The notes below the pieces were generated by a model. It was not told where the DNA came from and did not search any database. It saw only the letters and a list, made by a program, of their open reading frames with translations. A stretch of 64,000 bases of DNA from Candidatus Latescibacterota bacterium. GTDB lineage: Bacteria; Latescibacterota; UBA2968; GCA-2709665. Where the stretch lies: NCBI GenBank assembly GCA_965248435.1, contig OZ252100.1:1664001-1728000 (forward strand), given 5' to 3'. A program made the position numbers and the translations under genes. This document shows positions 9,656-20,262 of this stretch, one piece after another (position 1 is the stretch's first letter; each line of letters begins with the position of its first letter).

Positions 9656-10399
9656 ATGACGAGCGCGATTTCTGAATCGGCTGTTTTGGGAACGGGCACC
9701 CTGGTCGGCGAATATACGGTGATCATGGAGAACGTCCGAATCGGCGTCCACTGCCAGGTCGGTCACCACGTCGTCATCCATCCTGATACGGTCATCGGCG
9801 ATAACGCGCGAATCGATGATCACGCTGTACTCGGCAAGCCGCCGCTGCGATCACCAGCGATGGCGACGCCCCAAGGTGGGAACCTTCCTCCTCTGGAACT
9901 GGCGGAGGGCGTTCTGGTTGGTACTGGTGCGATTCTGTTCAGGGGCGCGAGAATCGAATCCGGCGTCCTCATCGGAGACGGCGCTTCCGTCCGGGAAGAG
10001 AGCTCGGTGGGGGTGGGCTCGATCGTCGGGCGGTCCGTCGTGATCGAGGACAAAGTGGCGGTTGGAAACGGGTGCAAAATCGAGACAGGTGCGTTCATCG
10101 CCGCGATGTCTCAGATCGGCAATGGGTGCTTTGTTGCGCCAGAAGTCACCGTGACCAATGACAACTACCTCGGCCGGACAGAGGAGCGGAAGAGGCACTT
10201 CAAGGGAATCACGATAAGAGATGGCGGGCGAATCGGGGCCAATGCGACGATTTTGCCCGGAATCACCATCCATCAGGATGGCGTCGCAGCCGCAGGAGCC
10301 GTGGTTACGAGAGATGTTCCAGCCTGTCAGGTCGTCGTTGGCGTTCCGGCGAAATTCCTCCGTGAAGTCCCGCAAGATCAGCTTTTGGAAAATCGGTAA
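9656..10399 (+). CDS. Hexapeptide-repeat acyltransferase (WbpD-like sugar N-acetyltransferase)
   Basis: Extensive left-handed beta-helix repeats, VTND, IGANATILPG, VVGVPA. Confidence 0.85.
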   Translation: MTSAISESAVLGTGTLVGEYTVIMENVRIGVHCQVGHHVVIHPDTVIGDNARIDDHAVLGKPPLRSPAMATPQGGNLPPLELAEGVLVGTGAILFRGARIESGVLIGDGASVREESSVGVGSIVGRSVVIEDKVAVGNGCKIETGAFIAAMSQIGNGCFVAPEVTVTNDNYLGRTEERKRHFKGITIRDGGRIGANATILPGITIHQDGVAAAGAVVTRDVPACQVVVGVPAKFLREVPQDQLLENR

Positions 10400-10514
10400 T
10401 CAATCCCTCCTCTTCAGCCAGAAAAACCAAATGCCTTTCTCAGCTCGCTCTTTCTGAGCTGTTTAGGACCTTCCTCGCCTATCCTGCTCCTCTCGATGAA
10501 ATTTCCCGTATAAC

Positions 10515-10735
10515 GGAATAAATTTCCCTTCCGAGTTTTGATTCCTAGTGGTTGCGACCCTGCAATTCTCCCACGTGAGTTCCTATAACATACTAAAAAT
10601 AATAAAATTAACTAAGACTCTGCGATCGATTCCGTGGTGCATTTCTAGAGTGATCAGAAAGGGCATAGGAATTGCGTCTAGAGTCCAAAGATGCTGACGG
10701 GAACGGGCTAATCCTCACGCGAGAATTGCCGATTA
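10515..10735 (+). promoter_or_regulatory. Regulatory cassette copy 2, at the head of the glycan locus
   Basis: GGAATAAATTTCC 10515; TATAACAT 10584; GGCATAGGAATTGC (GG 10662, GC 10674); TAAT-N15-GCCGATTA 10709-10735. Confidence 0.7.
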
Positions 10736-10899
10736 AATAAGTAAAAGATCAAGTAGTTGCCTCATCCCCCTCTGCCCCGCCGCAATTCTCTCCACTTGTG
10801 CCATCCCCTTATGACCCCGGAGACTCTCGGGCGATCAGATAGAACAGCAGCTAACCTCAGCTTATCTGAAAACCTCCATTAAACTATCGCTAGTAGGAG

Positions 10900-12753
10900 A
10901 TGGGTCCTGCAATGCGGCCTCAGGGATTTCAAGAATTGATTCGGATCTTGGGAACACACGCAAAGCCGTATCGGGTTCAGATTGGCCTATCTCTGATGCT
11001 GGGGGTCTTGCTGGCTTTGCTGGAAGGAGTCGGACTGGGGCTTTTGGTACCCATTCTTCAAGGGTTAACCGACAATGCATCCGTCATATCTGGCAATCCA
11101 GTAATAGACTGGATCAGCCGTCCATTTGCTGATGTTCCTACGCAAGCGCGTCTCCAGATCTTGATGGCCGTTCTACTTGGCGTAACTGTGTTGAAAAACG
11201 GAGCGGCCTATGGTCATACGGTCTTAAACGAGTGGCTCCGCCTGAACCTGATGCGTCGCCTCAGATGCAAGATCTTCGATCAGTTACTCCACGTAGGTTG
11301 CGAGTTTTTGGCCGAACGACGAAGTGGAGATCTATGGAACGAGTTGACAACTGAGACGAATCGGACCGCCCAGTTGGCGGTTACATTGGTTCAGCAGGCG
11401 GCCATTCTTTTTGTTACCGCAGTGTGTGTGGGGCTTTTGTTCTTGATCTCGTGGCCACTAACGCTCCTAGCTGGGATGACATTAGGCATTCTTTCTCTCC
11501 TTCTACGCACCTTTATCAAGAGATCTCGCGAAGCAGGCAAACGAATCAGCAGAGCCTATGCGGACAGCTCCTCCGTTGGAGTAGAAGCCCTGGGTGCCAT
11601 GAAGGTGATTCGTCTTTTTGGGCGAGAGAAATTTGAGAGAGACCGCTTTGACGCGATGGTAATGCACGCAAACCAGGCCGACATGTATTCGGCTAAGATC
11701 AGAGCCCTTGTAACCCCGATTTCAGAACTTTTTACAATGGGCATGTTCGCTCTCACGGTTGTATTGGCTGCAGGGCACTTTGTACAACCCGTCGATGCCT
11801 TTCTCCCCCTTCTTCTCACTTTTCTCTTTATCCTTTATCGACTCATGCCGCGCGTGACACGATTTAACAGTAACAGGACGATCATCGCGAACAATACACC
11901 GGCGCTCGCCGCTGTTGCCAATGCCCTTTCTTCTGCGGACAAACCATTCGTGAAAACCGGTACTCAACCGTTTGTTCGACTGTGTAAGGCAATTCAATTT
12001 GAGCATGTTTCGTTTTCGTACAATGGCAGGGCTCTACCAGCGCTGAACAACGTAAATCTCGAGATTCCATACGGCAAAACCACAGCGATCGTTGGGGCCT
12101 CGGGCGCGGGAAAATCCACGCTTGCAGATCTGATCCCCCGTCTCTACGATCCGGGTGACGGCCGCATCATGGCCGATGAGATCGATATTCGCGACCTGGA
12201 CCTCACTGACTGGCGCTCCGCCATCGGCGTCGTTAGCCAGGAAACTTTTGTGTTTCACGCCTCTATTAGAGACAACATTCGATATGGGAGGTTGGATGCT
12301 ACCGAGGTGGAAATCGAAGACTCAAGCCGCCGTGCAAATGCCTATGAGTTTATTTCACAGATGCCTAAAGGATTTGATACCGTGGTGGGTGACCGGGGGA
12401 TGAGGCTTTCAGGCGGGCAGAGACAGCGGATAGCAATAGCCAGGGCTATCCTGAGGAATCCTCAAATATTGATCCTTGATGAAGCCACGAGTGCTTTGGA
12501 TACGGCCTCTGAGAGACTCGTACAAGAGGCCCTTGAGGACCTGAGCGAGAACCGAACGGTAGTCATAGTTGCCCACCGTCTTTCGACGATATCGAAAGCT
12601 GATCAAGTAATCGTTCTACAGGATGGTACGGTCGCTGAAATAGGGACGCACGAGGAACTCATGGGTAAGAAGGGAGTATACTGGCGATATCATTCCCTGC
12701 AATTCGATTCCTCTGTCGCATACTCTGGAGAACTACAAAATGCCTATCAATGA
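10900..12753 (+). CDS. ABC transporter, fused permease-ATPase (MsbA/PglK-like glycan flippase)
   Basis: N-terminal TM domain; GASGAGKS, LSGGQRQR, ILILDEATS. Confidence 0.9.
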   Translation: MGPAMRPQGFQELIRILGTHAKPYRVQIGLSLMLGVLLALLEGVGLGLLVPILQGLTDNASVISGNPVIDWISRPFADVPTQARLQILMAVLLGVTVLKNGAAYGHTVLNEWLRLNLMRRLRCKIFDQLLHVGCEFLAERRSGDLWNELTTETNRTAQLAVTLVQQAAILFVTAVCVGLLFLISWPLTLLAGMTLGILSLLLRTFIKRSREAGKRISRAYADSSSVGVEALGAMKVIRLFGREKFERDRFDAMVMHANQADMYSAKIRALVTPISELFTMGMFALTVVLAAGHFVQPVDAFLPLLLTFLFILYRLMPRVTRFNSNRTIIANNTPALAAVANALSSADKPFVKTGTQPFVRLCKAIQFEHVSFSYNGRALPALNNVNLEIPYGKTTAIVGASGAGKSTLADLIPRLYDPGDGRIMADEIDIRDLDLTDWRSAIGVVSQETFVFHASIRDNIRYGRLDATEVEIEDSSRRANAYEFISQMPKGFDTVVGDRGMRLSGGQRQRIAIARAILRNPQILILDEATSALDTASERLVQEALEDLSENRTVVIVAHRLSTISKADQVIVLQDGTVAEIGTHEELMGKKGVYWRYHSLQFDSSVAYSGELQNAYQ

Positions 12754-13714
12754 CAAAGTCATCTTCCTTACCGGAGGAACAGGGTCCTTCGGAAGAAAGT
12801 TTGTCCAAATCGCTCTCCGCGATTTCAACCCGAGCAAAGTGATCGTCTTCAGTCGAGACGAACTGAAGCAGCACGAGATGCGGGAAGAGCTTTCGGACCG
12901 GCGCCTGCGGTTCTTCCTTGGAGATATCCGTGATCGGGAGCGACTCCAACGGGCGATGAAAGGCGTCGATATCGTGATTCACGCGGCTGCATTAAAGCAG
13001 GTACCCGCGTGCGAATACAATCCGATGGAGGCGATCCTGACAAACGTCATGGGAACCCGAAATGTCATCGAGGCGGCCCTGGATACCGGCGTCAAGAAGG
13101 CAGTTGCTTTGAGCACTGACAAAGCCGTGAACCCGGTAAATCTGTATGGCGCCACGAAGCTCTGTGCTGAAAAGCTGTTTATCCAAAGTAATTCTTATTC
13201 GGGCGACTACGGAACTCGTTTCTGCTGCGTTCGATACGGCAACGTTGTTGGCAGTCGTGGGAGCGTGATCCCACTGTTCTTGAACCAGAGAAAGAATGGG
13301 CGAGTGACCGTAACTGACAGGCGTATGACACGGTTCTGGATCACACTCGAACAGGGCGTCAAGTTCGTGATCCGATGTCTGGGCCAGATGCACGGAGGCG
13401 AGGTCTTCGTGCCCAAGATCCCGAGCACCAACATGATCAATCTCACAAAGGCAGTGGTGCCCGAATGTGCAATCGAAGAGATCGGGATTCGCCCCGGCGA
13501 AAAGCTTCATGAGGTACTTATCTCGGAAGACGAGGCCAGAAACGCCTTGGATCTCGACGACATGTTCATCGTTCAGCCTGTCTATCCGTGGTGGTTCAAA
13601 GGGAACTGGGGAAACGGCAGGCCCTTGAAGGACGGATACAAATACGACAGTGACACGAACGAAAAGTCCCTCTCCGCGGATGAAATCCGCGACATCGTTG
13701 AGGAGATCGTTTGA
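12740..13714 (+). CDS. pseB: UDP-GlcNAc 4,6-dehydratase (inverting)
   Basis: GGTGSFG, SRDELKQ, AALKQVP, STDKA, YGATK, GNVVGSRGS, MTRFWI, GIRPGEK. Confidence 0.93.
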   Translation: MPINDKVIFLTGGTGSFGRKFVQIALRDFNPSKVIVFSRDELKQHEMREELSDRRLRFFLGDIRDRERLQRAMKGVDIVIHAAALKQVPACEYNPMEAILTNVMGTRNVIEAALDTGVKKAVALSTDKAVNPVNLYGATKLCAEKLFIQSNSYSGDYGTRFCCVRYGNVVGSRGSVIPLFLNQRKNGRVTVTDRRMTRFWITLEQGVKFVIRCLGQMHGGEVFVPKIPSTNMINLTKAVVPECAIEEIGIRPGEKLHEVLISEDEARNALDLDDMFIVQPVYPWWFKGNWGNGRPLKDGYKYDSDTNEKSLSADEIRDIVEEIV

Positions 13715-14897
13715 AAACGATCACAGAAGCTCCGTCGACAGCACCGGACCCTACGGGTATGCTTCCTTACGGTCGTCAGTGGGTGGACGAAGAGGATATC
13801 CAGGCCGTGGTCGACGTTCTCCGGTCCGACTGGCTCACGACAGGGCCAAATGTAGAAAGATTTGAAAGGGCTTTCGCCGAGTTTGTTGGAGTCCGCGAAG
13901 CGGTTGCGGTCTCGAGCGGAACGGCCGCATTACACGCGGCTGTCTACGCCGCTGGAATCGGACCTGATGATGAAGTAATCGTCCCTGCCCTGACTTTTGC
14001 TGCGTCTGCCAACTGTGTCGTCTTCCAGGGAGGTACGCCCGTTTTTGCCGACGTATGCCGAGACACGCTTTTGGTGGACCCAGAAAACGTCAAGGCCCTG
14101 ATCACCCCGCGGACAAAGGCCATAATTGCAGTCGACTATGCCGGCCATCCAAGCGACTACGATGATCTATCTGAGTTGTGTGAACAATACGGCTTAGCGT
14201 TGATCGCTGACGGATGCCACTCCCTTGGGGCAACTTATCGAAACCGTCCGATAGGAAGCATTGCCGACTTAAGTGCGTTCAGTTTCCATCCTGTAAAACA
14301 TATTGCGACGGGTGAGGGAGGTATGGTTACCACAGACGATACCAACTTTGCGAGAAGGATTAGAAGGTTCCGCAACCACGGAGTTGATTCCGATTCGAGA
14401 GAGAGGGCAAAGAACGGCCAGTTCTACTATGAAATGGTCGACTTGGGCTACAATTACAGACTCAGCGACCTACAGTGCGCGCTGGGCCTCAGTCAACTCC
14501 GAAAATTGCCAAAGTTTCTTTCCAGGCGCAGGAGCATGCAGGCCGGTACGACGAAGCACTCTCTGAGTTTCCGTTTGTGTCCCCCCTAAGTGTGCGAAGT
14601 GACGTCTCTCACGCATATCACCTCTATCCCGTGCTATTCAATCCTGAATTTCTTGGGAAGCCTAGGGAGTGGGTCTTCTCGGAACTTCGCCGCCAGAACA
14701 TCGGTGTGAACGTCCACTATCTTCCGGTCTATATGCACCCCTACTATGAGAACCTCCTCGGCGACCTGCGCGGACAATGTCCCGTCGCAGAGTCTGCCTA
14801 CAAGAATCTGATCAGCCTTCCGCTCTTTCCACAGATGACACCTTCGGACTTGGAGACTGTTTTGGAGGCGATTCGAAACCTCAGGGGGCGAGCATGA
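13711..14897 (+). pseudogene. pseC: PseC aminotransferase split by an apparent 1-bp frameshift near 14525-14530
   Basis: ORF 13711-14589 has PYGRQ, SFHPVK, LGYNYR; the C-terminus (VNVHY, SLPLFP) continues in the -1 frame to 14897, overlapping the next ATG. Confidence 0.8.
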
Positions 14898-15631
14898 GGA
14901 CTATATGCATCATTCAGGCACGAACCAATTCCCGAAGGTTTCCGGGAAAAGTATTGATGGATCTCTGCGGTAAACCAATGCTGATCCAGCAAATCCGTCG
15001 GTTGAAGCGCTGTACACAGCTTGATGAGATCGTCATCGCAACCACACGACACTCGACAGACGAACCGCTCGTCCATCTGGCAGATGAAGAACACGTCGGG
15101 TGGTTTCGAGGAAGCGAGCAAGACGTCTTGAGCCGTTTTGTTGGGGCGGCGAAAGAATTCAATGCTGAAGTCATTGTGCGAATAACAGCGGACTGTCCAT
15201 TGATCGATCCAGATGTTACGGATCTGGTCATTCAAGAATTGGTCAGCAAACCAAACGAGTTTGACTATGGAAGCAATGTTCAGGAGCGTACCTATCCTCG
15301 CGGTCTGGATACAGAAGTCTTCTTCCTCGATACCCTACTCCGCATGGGTAGACTCGCTGACTCAGAATGTGCACGCGAACACGTCACGATCCTCCCACGA
15401 TCAGAACGTCCAGATCTGTTTCTCTGCAAATCAGTGACTGATGACGAAGACAACTCTGACCTGAGGTGGACGGTCGACACGGTCGCCGATCTGGAGTTGA
15501 TTCGCCAGCTTTATCGCCGCCTGTCACTTGACTCTAAACACGTGCCATATCGGGAGATACTTTCGCACATCCGTCTTAACACCGATCTGGTCGGCTTGAA
15601 CACAGGTATTGAAACTTGGACACCAGCCTGA
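14894..15631 (+). CDS. pseF: Acylneuraminate cytidylyltransferase (SpsF/PseF type), copy 1
   Basis: IIQARTNSRRFPGK, RGSEQDVL, RITADCP, REHVT, RWTVD; ATGA overlap with the pseC stop. Confidence 0.8.
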   Translation: MRTICIIQARTNSRRFPGKVLMDLCGKPMLIQQIRRLKRCTQLDEIVIATTRHSTDEPLVHLADEEHVGWFRGSEQDVLSRFVGAAKEFNAEVIVRITADCPLIDPDVTDLVIQELVSKPNEFDYGSNVQERTYPRGLDTEVFFLDTLLRMGRLADSECAREHVTILPRSERPDLFLCKSVTDDEDNSDLRWTVDTVADLELIRQLYRRLSLDSKHVPYREILSHIRLNTDLVGLNTGIETWTPA

Positions 15632-17160
15632 TCCCTCCAGCAGTCTTTCGGGTGGACAGCTCCCCGGCAATCGGCAGCGGCCACCTGATGCGATGCCTGG
15701 CACTCGCTCAAAACTGGCAGGCAAGGGGAGGTCACGTGACCTTCCTGAGCGCCTGCCGGAACAAGGAGCTCGAATCACGGCTCACTCGCTGCGGCGTGAC
15801 ATTCAAACGCCTCAAATCTGGTCTGCCACTCATCGATGACCTACAGCGGACCCTGGAGTTCCTCGGGCGCAGCGCGCCTGATGCTCGTGTTATTTTAGAT
15901 GGGTACCACTTCGATTCAGATTACCAAAGGGCACTGCGGAGACACGGGTTCCAAACACTGGTCATTGAAGACACGGTTCGCTTTCCGCACTACTATGCCG
16001 ATCTTCTGCTGAATCAGAACGACACCTCGGGGGAACGTGGATTTGTCTGTGACACTGACACCACCATCCTTTGCGGGTCTCGCTTTTCCCTGCTGCGGTC
16101 TGAATTTCTAAACGCGAAGCTTTCGACGAAAGAGATCCCATCTCGAGCCAAGAGACTCCTGGTAACTTTCGGCGGAAGTGATCCCGGAAACATTACGCTA
16201 GAGGTCATCAAATCCTTGGGGACGAGCGGGCTGTCGGACCTTGACATCAAGGTCCTAGTCGGAGCCGCGAATCAGAATCGGGAAAGCCTAAAAAAAGTAG
16301 CTGGCAGCCTGGGCATGGAAATACACCTGTTGACTCACGTGGCGGATATGGTGGGCCTCCTATCCTGGGCTGACTTGGCTGTGACTGCAGGAGGGACAAC
16401 GTGCTGGGAGTTGGCCCTTATGGGCGTCCCTGCACTTGTTCTCCAAACCGCAGAAAATCAGTCGGGAGTAATTGACACGCTCTCCCAGTTTGGAATATCT
16501 GTCAATATGGGATCCGCCGACAGCCTAAATCGGGAGAGATTGAAGAAAGAGATCGTCCAGCTCAGCGCCGATCAAGAGTGCCGCTTGCGAATGAGCAAGC
16601 TTGGCCGCTTGCTCATTGACGGAAATGGCGCGGATCGAGTCGTTGAGGCTTTCTTGGACGAGCACAGATCATCGCGCACCGACATCAGACCAGCTACGCT
16701 AGGGGATGCGCGAATCATCTGGAATTGGAGAAACGATCCGTTGGTTCGACAAAGCGCATTCAATTCAGACTCTATTTCATGGGAGAATCATCTTGCCTGG
16801 TATGTTGACAAGCTGAACTCCTCGGATACCAAAATCTGGATGCTTGATTACGGAAATTGCCCAGTGGGATGCATCCGCTACGATCGCGATGATACTGATT
16901 CTGCACAAATCAGCTTTGTTGTGGACCCAGAGCATCGAGGCAAAGGTTTCGGGACGATGCTTATCGAGAAGACGATACAACGGGCTTTCGTGGCGTTCAG
17001 TGTTCCCAGAGTAAAAGGTATCTCCTTTGTAAGCAACTTGGCTTCCTCAAAGGTATTCGCAAAAGCCGGCTTCATTAAGTCCTGCGAACGGGTCATCGCC
17101 GGTACGCAGTGCACAGTATTCGAACGAGACCGCGAAGATGGTCATGGAGCGCTTAATTGA
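15616..17160 (+). CDS. pseG: PseG hydrolase fused to a PseH-like GNAT N-acetyltransferase
   Basis: IGSGHLMRC, LDGY, TFGGSD, AGGTTCWE, AENQ; C-terminal WRNDP...HLAW...RGKGFG GNAT domain. Confidence 0.85.
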   Translation: MDTSLIPPAVFRVDSSPAIGSGHLMRCLALAQNWQARGGHVTFLSACRNKELESRLTRCGVTFKRLKSGLPLIDDLQRTLEFLGRSAPDARVILDGYHFDSDYQRALRRHGFQTLVIEDTVRFPHYYADLLLNQNDTSGERGFVCDTDTTILCGSRFSLLRSEFLNAKLSTKEIPSRAKRLLVTFGGSDPGNITLEVIKSLGTSGLSDLDIKVLVGAANQNRESLKKVAGSLGMEIHLLTHVADMVGLLSWADLAVTAGGTTCWELALMGVPALVLQTAENQSGVIDTLSQFGISVNMGSADSLNRERLKKEIVQLSADQECRLRMSKLGRLLIDGNGADRVVEAFLDEHRSSRTDIRPATLGDARIIWNWRNDPLVRQSAFNSDSISWENHLAWYVDKLNSSDTKIWMLDYGNCPVGCIRYDRDDTDSAQISFVVDPEHRGKGFGTMLIEKTIQRAFVAFSVPRVKGISFVSNLASSKVFAKAGFIKSCERVIAGTQCTVFERDREDGHGALN

Positions 17161-18209
17161 CTAACCTGGAAGTAAACGGACGTAAGATCGGAGTCGGTAA
17201 GAGAGTTTATATAATCGCCGAGATGTCCGCCAACCACAATCAGGACCTAGACAATGCCATCCGGATTCTCAATGCTGCCAAAGAAGCCGGCGCCGACGCA
17301 GTCAAGCTTCAAACTTACACTCCTGACACACTCACGTTGAACTGCCGAAATCACTATTTCCGGATCCGTGATACACTCTGGCACGACCGGTTTCTGTACG
17401 ATCTTTACAGCGAAGCGTGCACACCTTGGGAATGGCAGCCAAAGCTCAAAGAGATCGCTGACGATGTCGGCCTGGACCTGTTCTCTACCCCTTTCGATTC
17501 GTCTGCAGTTGACTTCCTTGAAAGCATCGACGTTCCCGCTTACAAGATTGCGTCATTCGAAAATGTGGATCTCCCTTTACTACGGAAAGTCGCCCGAACT
17601 GGAAAGCCGATCATCGTGTCAACCGGCATGGCGACGCTTGCAGAGGTGGACGAAGCCGTACAGACGCTCAGGAGGGCAGGCTGCCAACAATTGTGCCTCC
17701 TTAAGTGCACGAGCTCCTACCCTGCGGATCCGAAGGAGATCAACCTTCGGACAATCCCCCACCTTTCGGAGGCCTTTCGGGTGCCGGTAGGACTGTCTGA
17801 TCACACGGTAGGGATCGCGGTTCCCGTAGCCGCGGTCTCACTTGGCGCGTGTGTAATTGAGAAGCATTTTACGCTGTCACGGAGTGATGGGGGACCGGAC
17901 AGCGCTTTCTCCTTGGAACCACACGAGTTCGAAGCCCTTGTCAAGGCAGTTCGCGTGGCCGAAGATGCTTTGGGTGAAGTTCGATATGGCGTCACCGAGG
18001 AAGAGAAGAAGAGTCGGGTATTTCGACGGTCGCTCTTTGCCGCAGACTCCATCAAATCCGGAGAGGCTTTTACTGCCGATAACCTCCGATCTGTTAGACC
18101 GGGACACGGCCTCCATCCGCGATTTATGGACGCTATTATAGGACGGCGTGCGAGGCAAGATATTGAATTCGGAACTCCTCTAGATTGGGCAATGGTCTCC
18201 GACGAATGA
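17157..18209 (+). CDS. pseI: Pseudaminic acid synthase
   Basis: IIAEMSANHN, KLQTYTPD, KIASFE, KCTSSYP, SDHT, EKHF, GGPDSAFS, C-terminal SAF domain. Confidence 0.92.
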   Translation: MTNLEVNGRKIGVGKRVYIIAEMSANHNQDLDNAIRILNAAKEAGADAVKLQTYTPDTLTLNCRNHYFRIRDTLWHDRFLYDLYSEACTPWEWQPKLKEIADDVGLDLFSTPFDSSAVDFLESIDVPAYKIASFENVDLPLLRKVARTGKPIIVSTGMATLAEVDEAVQTLRRAGCQQLCLLKCTSSYPADPKEINLRTIPHLSEAFRVPVGLSDHTVGIAVPVAAVSLGACVIEKHFTLSRSDGGPDSAFSLEPHEFEALVKAVRVAEDALGEVRYGVTEEEKKSRVFRRSLFAADSIKSGEAFTADNLRSVRPGHGLHPRFMDAIIGRRARQDIEFGTPLDWAMVSDE

Positions 18210-18251
18210 AGACAAAAACAGGAAATTTCCGAATCTCAAGGAGCAACAACC

Positions 18252-19001
18252 GTGAAAGTTGTATGCACCATTGAGGCAAGGATGACTTCATCGAGGCTTC
18301 CAGGGAAAGTGCTGGCTCCGATCATGGGTCGACCAATGCTCGACCTAATGATCGAGCGACTGCATCGGTCTAGAACTGTCGATGAGATCGTCGTTGCCAC
18401 GACTGTGAATTCGGCCGATCAGCCGATTGCGGATCTGGCTGATGATTTAGGAGTATCCTGCTTTCGAGGAAGCGAGGAGGATGTCCTTGATCGCGTCTTA
18501 GAGGCAGCAAGACAAGCAGGTGCCGACGTCATTGTGGAAACGACCGGCGACTGTCCTCTCATCGACCCAAAAATTGTCGATCGGGTCGTAGAAACCTTGT
18601 TGAGAAATAGTGTCGACTACTGCTCTAATGCAGTTCGAAGAACCTATCCACGAGGAATGGATGTGGAGGTCTTCTGGTTCCACCACCTTGAGGAAATCGC
18701 TCAACTTACGAACGATCCGGTCGACCGAGAGCACGTGTCTACTTTCTTCCATCGATTCCCTGATCGGTATCGCTTGCTGAACGTGACAAGCTCTTTGCCC
18801 TCTCACACTCTCAGCCTTAGGCTAACCGTTGATACACAGGAAGACCTGGATATGGTTTCAAGCATTTTTGAATCTCTCTATATGCGGAATCCAGAGTTCG
18901 AACTAGAGGATATCCTGGATCTGCTTGCTGAAAATCCATCTCTTGCAGGGACAAACCGTCACGTCAAACATAAAACGGTGTTCAGCAAGATCTCTCTTTG
19001 A
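18252..19001 (+). CDS. SpsF-type cytidylyltransferase, copy 2
   Basis: IEARMTSSRLPGK, RGSEEDVL, TGDCP, REHV, RLTVD. Confidence 0.85.
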   Translation: MKVVCTIEARMTSSRLPGKVLAPIMGRPMLDLMIERLHRSRTVDEIVVATTVNSADQPIADLADDLGVSCFRGSEEDVLDRVLEAARQAGADVIVETTGDCPLIDPKIVDRVVETLLRNSVDYCSNAVRRTYPRGMDVEVFWFHHLEEIAQLTNDPVDREHVSTFFHRFPDRYRLLNVTSSLPSHTLSLRLTVDTQEDLDMVSSIFESLYMRNPEFELEDILDLLAENPSLAGTNRHVKHKTVFSKISL

Positions 19002-19041
19002 CCGCGCAATCGGTCTCGTACTAGCTTCGAGGAGGATTGGT

Positions 19042-20256
19042 ATGGAGTATTGCAGTAAGTGTGTGTATCCCTCGAATTCAGCAGTCAACCTGAATTTCGA
19101 CGAAGATGGAGTTTGCTCAGGCTGCTCGTACTTCGAAGAGATAGACAACATCGACTGGAAGGAGCGGGAAAAGACACTTGGTGATCTGCTCCAGAAATAT
19201 CGAAACCCTGAAGCACCTTATGATTGCATTATTCCTGTTAGTGGTGGAAAAGATAGCCATTTTCAAACATATCTCATCAAAGAGGTCTTTGGTCTGAAGC
19301 CGCTCCTCGTGACCTTTAACCATATCTGCAGTCCCTTGATTGGCCTGAAGAATATGGCCAATATTGTAGAGAGATTTGGTGTCGACCACGTACGGTTCAG
19401 CCCGAACCCCGTTCTAATCCGAAAGCTGATGAAATACACCCTTGAGAAGAGAGGAGATGCTTGCTGGTTCTGCCAGGGTGGCGTCGTCACAGTACCTATC
19501 CAGGTAGCTATCCAGTACAAAATTCCCTTGATTATCTGGGGTGAACACGGCTGGTCGCATTTGGCAGGGAAAAACAGCCTGGATGACATGGTCGAGTTCA
19601 GTGTAGAAGAGCGTTCAGAACTTTTCATGCGCGGATTATCCATCGAAAAGGTTCTAAAGGACAACCCAGACTTGGAGCGCCGGGATCTAAGCTGGTTGGA
19701 ATATCCCAGCACTGAGGAAATCGAGAGCGTAGGCGTTCGAGGAATCTATTTGGGCAACTACTATAAGTGGAACCAGAAGGCCCTAACGGAATTCGTAATT
19801 GACAAGTTTGGCTTTACCACAAGACCCAAAGCCAGGACCTACAACACGTATGCCGATGTCGACTGTCAGCTTTGCTCCGGCACAAATGACTACCTCAAGT
19901 ATCTGAAGTTTGGTTACGGTCGTACCACCGACCACGCAAGCCAGGACATCAGAGAAGGTCGAATCACGCGCGAAGAAGGCATTAAGCTTGTGAAAAATTA
20001 CGACCACAGGAAACCTGAAGACTTAGACACCTTTCTAGAAGAATTGGACCTGGACGAGGAGGAGTTTTACAAGATCGTTGATAGGTTCAGAGATCCTGAT
20101 GTTTGGGAACGGAATAACGATGGCGAGTGGGTCCGGAAGCCTTCCGCCGACATCGACCCTATCATCGACTCCTCCGGAGCCGACGAGATCGAAGATCGGA
20201 TGGCCTTTGTCAAGAATTGGACTGAAGACGAGGTCGATGGTCGCTGGTACTTCTAA
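19042..20256 (+). CDS. N-acetyl sugar amidotransferase (WbuX/PseA family), copy 1
   Basis: N-terminal CxxC...CxxC, PP-loop SGGKDS, WGE, KFGYGRTTD; GGAGG RBS before the ATG at 19042. Confidence 0.88.
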   Translation: MEYCSKCVYPSNSAVNLNFDEDGVCSGCSYFEEIDNIDWKEREKTLGDLLQKYRNPEAPYDCIIPVSGGKDSHFQTYLIKEVFGLKPLLVTFNHICSPLIGLKNMANIVERFGVDHVRFSPNPVLIRKLMKYTLEKRGDACWFCQGGVVTVPIQVAIQYKIPLIIWGEHGWSHLAGKNSLDDMVEFSVEERSELFMRGLSIEKVLKDNPDLERRDLSWLEYPSTEEIESVGVRGIYLGNYYKWNQKALTEFVIDKFGFTTRPKARTYNTYADVDCQLCSGTNDYLKYLKFGYGRTTDHASQDIREGRITREEGIKLVKNYDHRKPEDLDTFLEELDLDEEEFYKIVDRFRDPDVWERNNDGEWVRKPSADIDPIIDSSGADEIEDRMAFVKNWTEDEVDGRWYF

Positions 20257-20262
20257 TCTTCT

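Noticed and set aside
14490-14545. Programmed -1 ribosomal frameshift in pseC
   Set aside because: I found no in-frame X-XXY-YYZ slippery site or clear stimulatory hairpin; an indel is more likely.
18221-18230. Palindrome GGAAATTTCC between pseI and the second spsF
   Set aside because: The spacer is N2, not N5, and there are no downstream promoter elements in this 42-bp gap.
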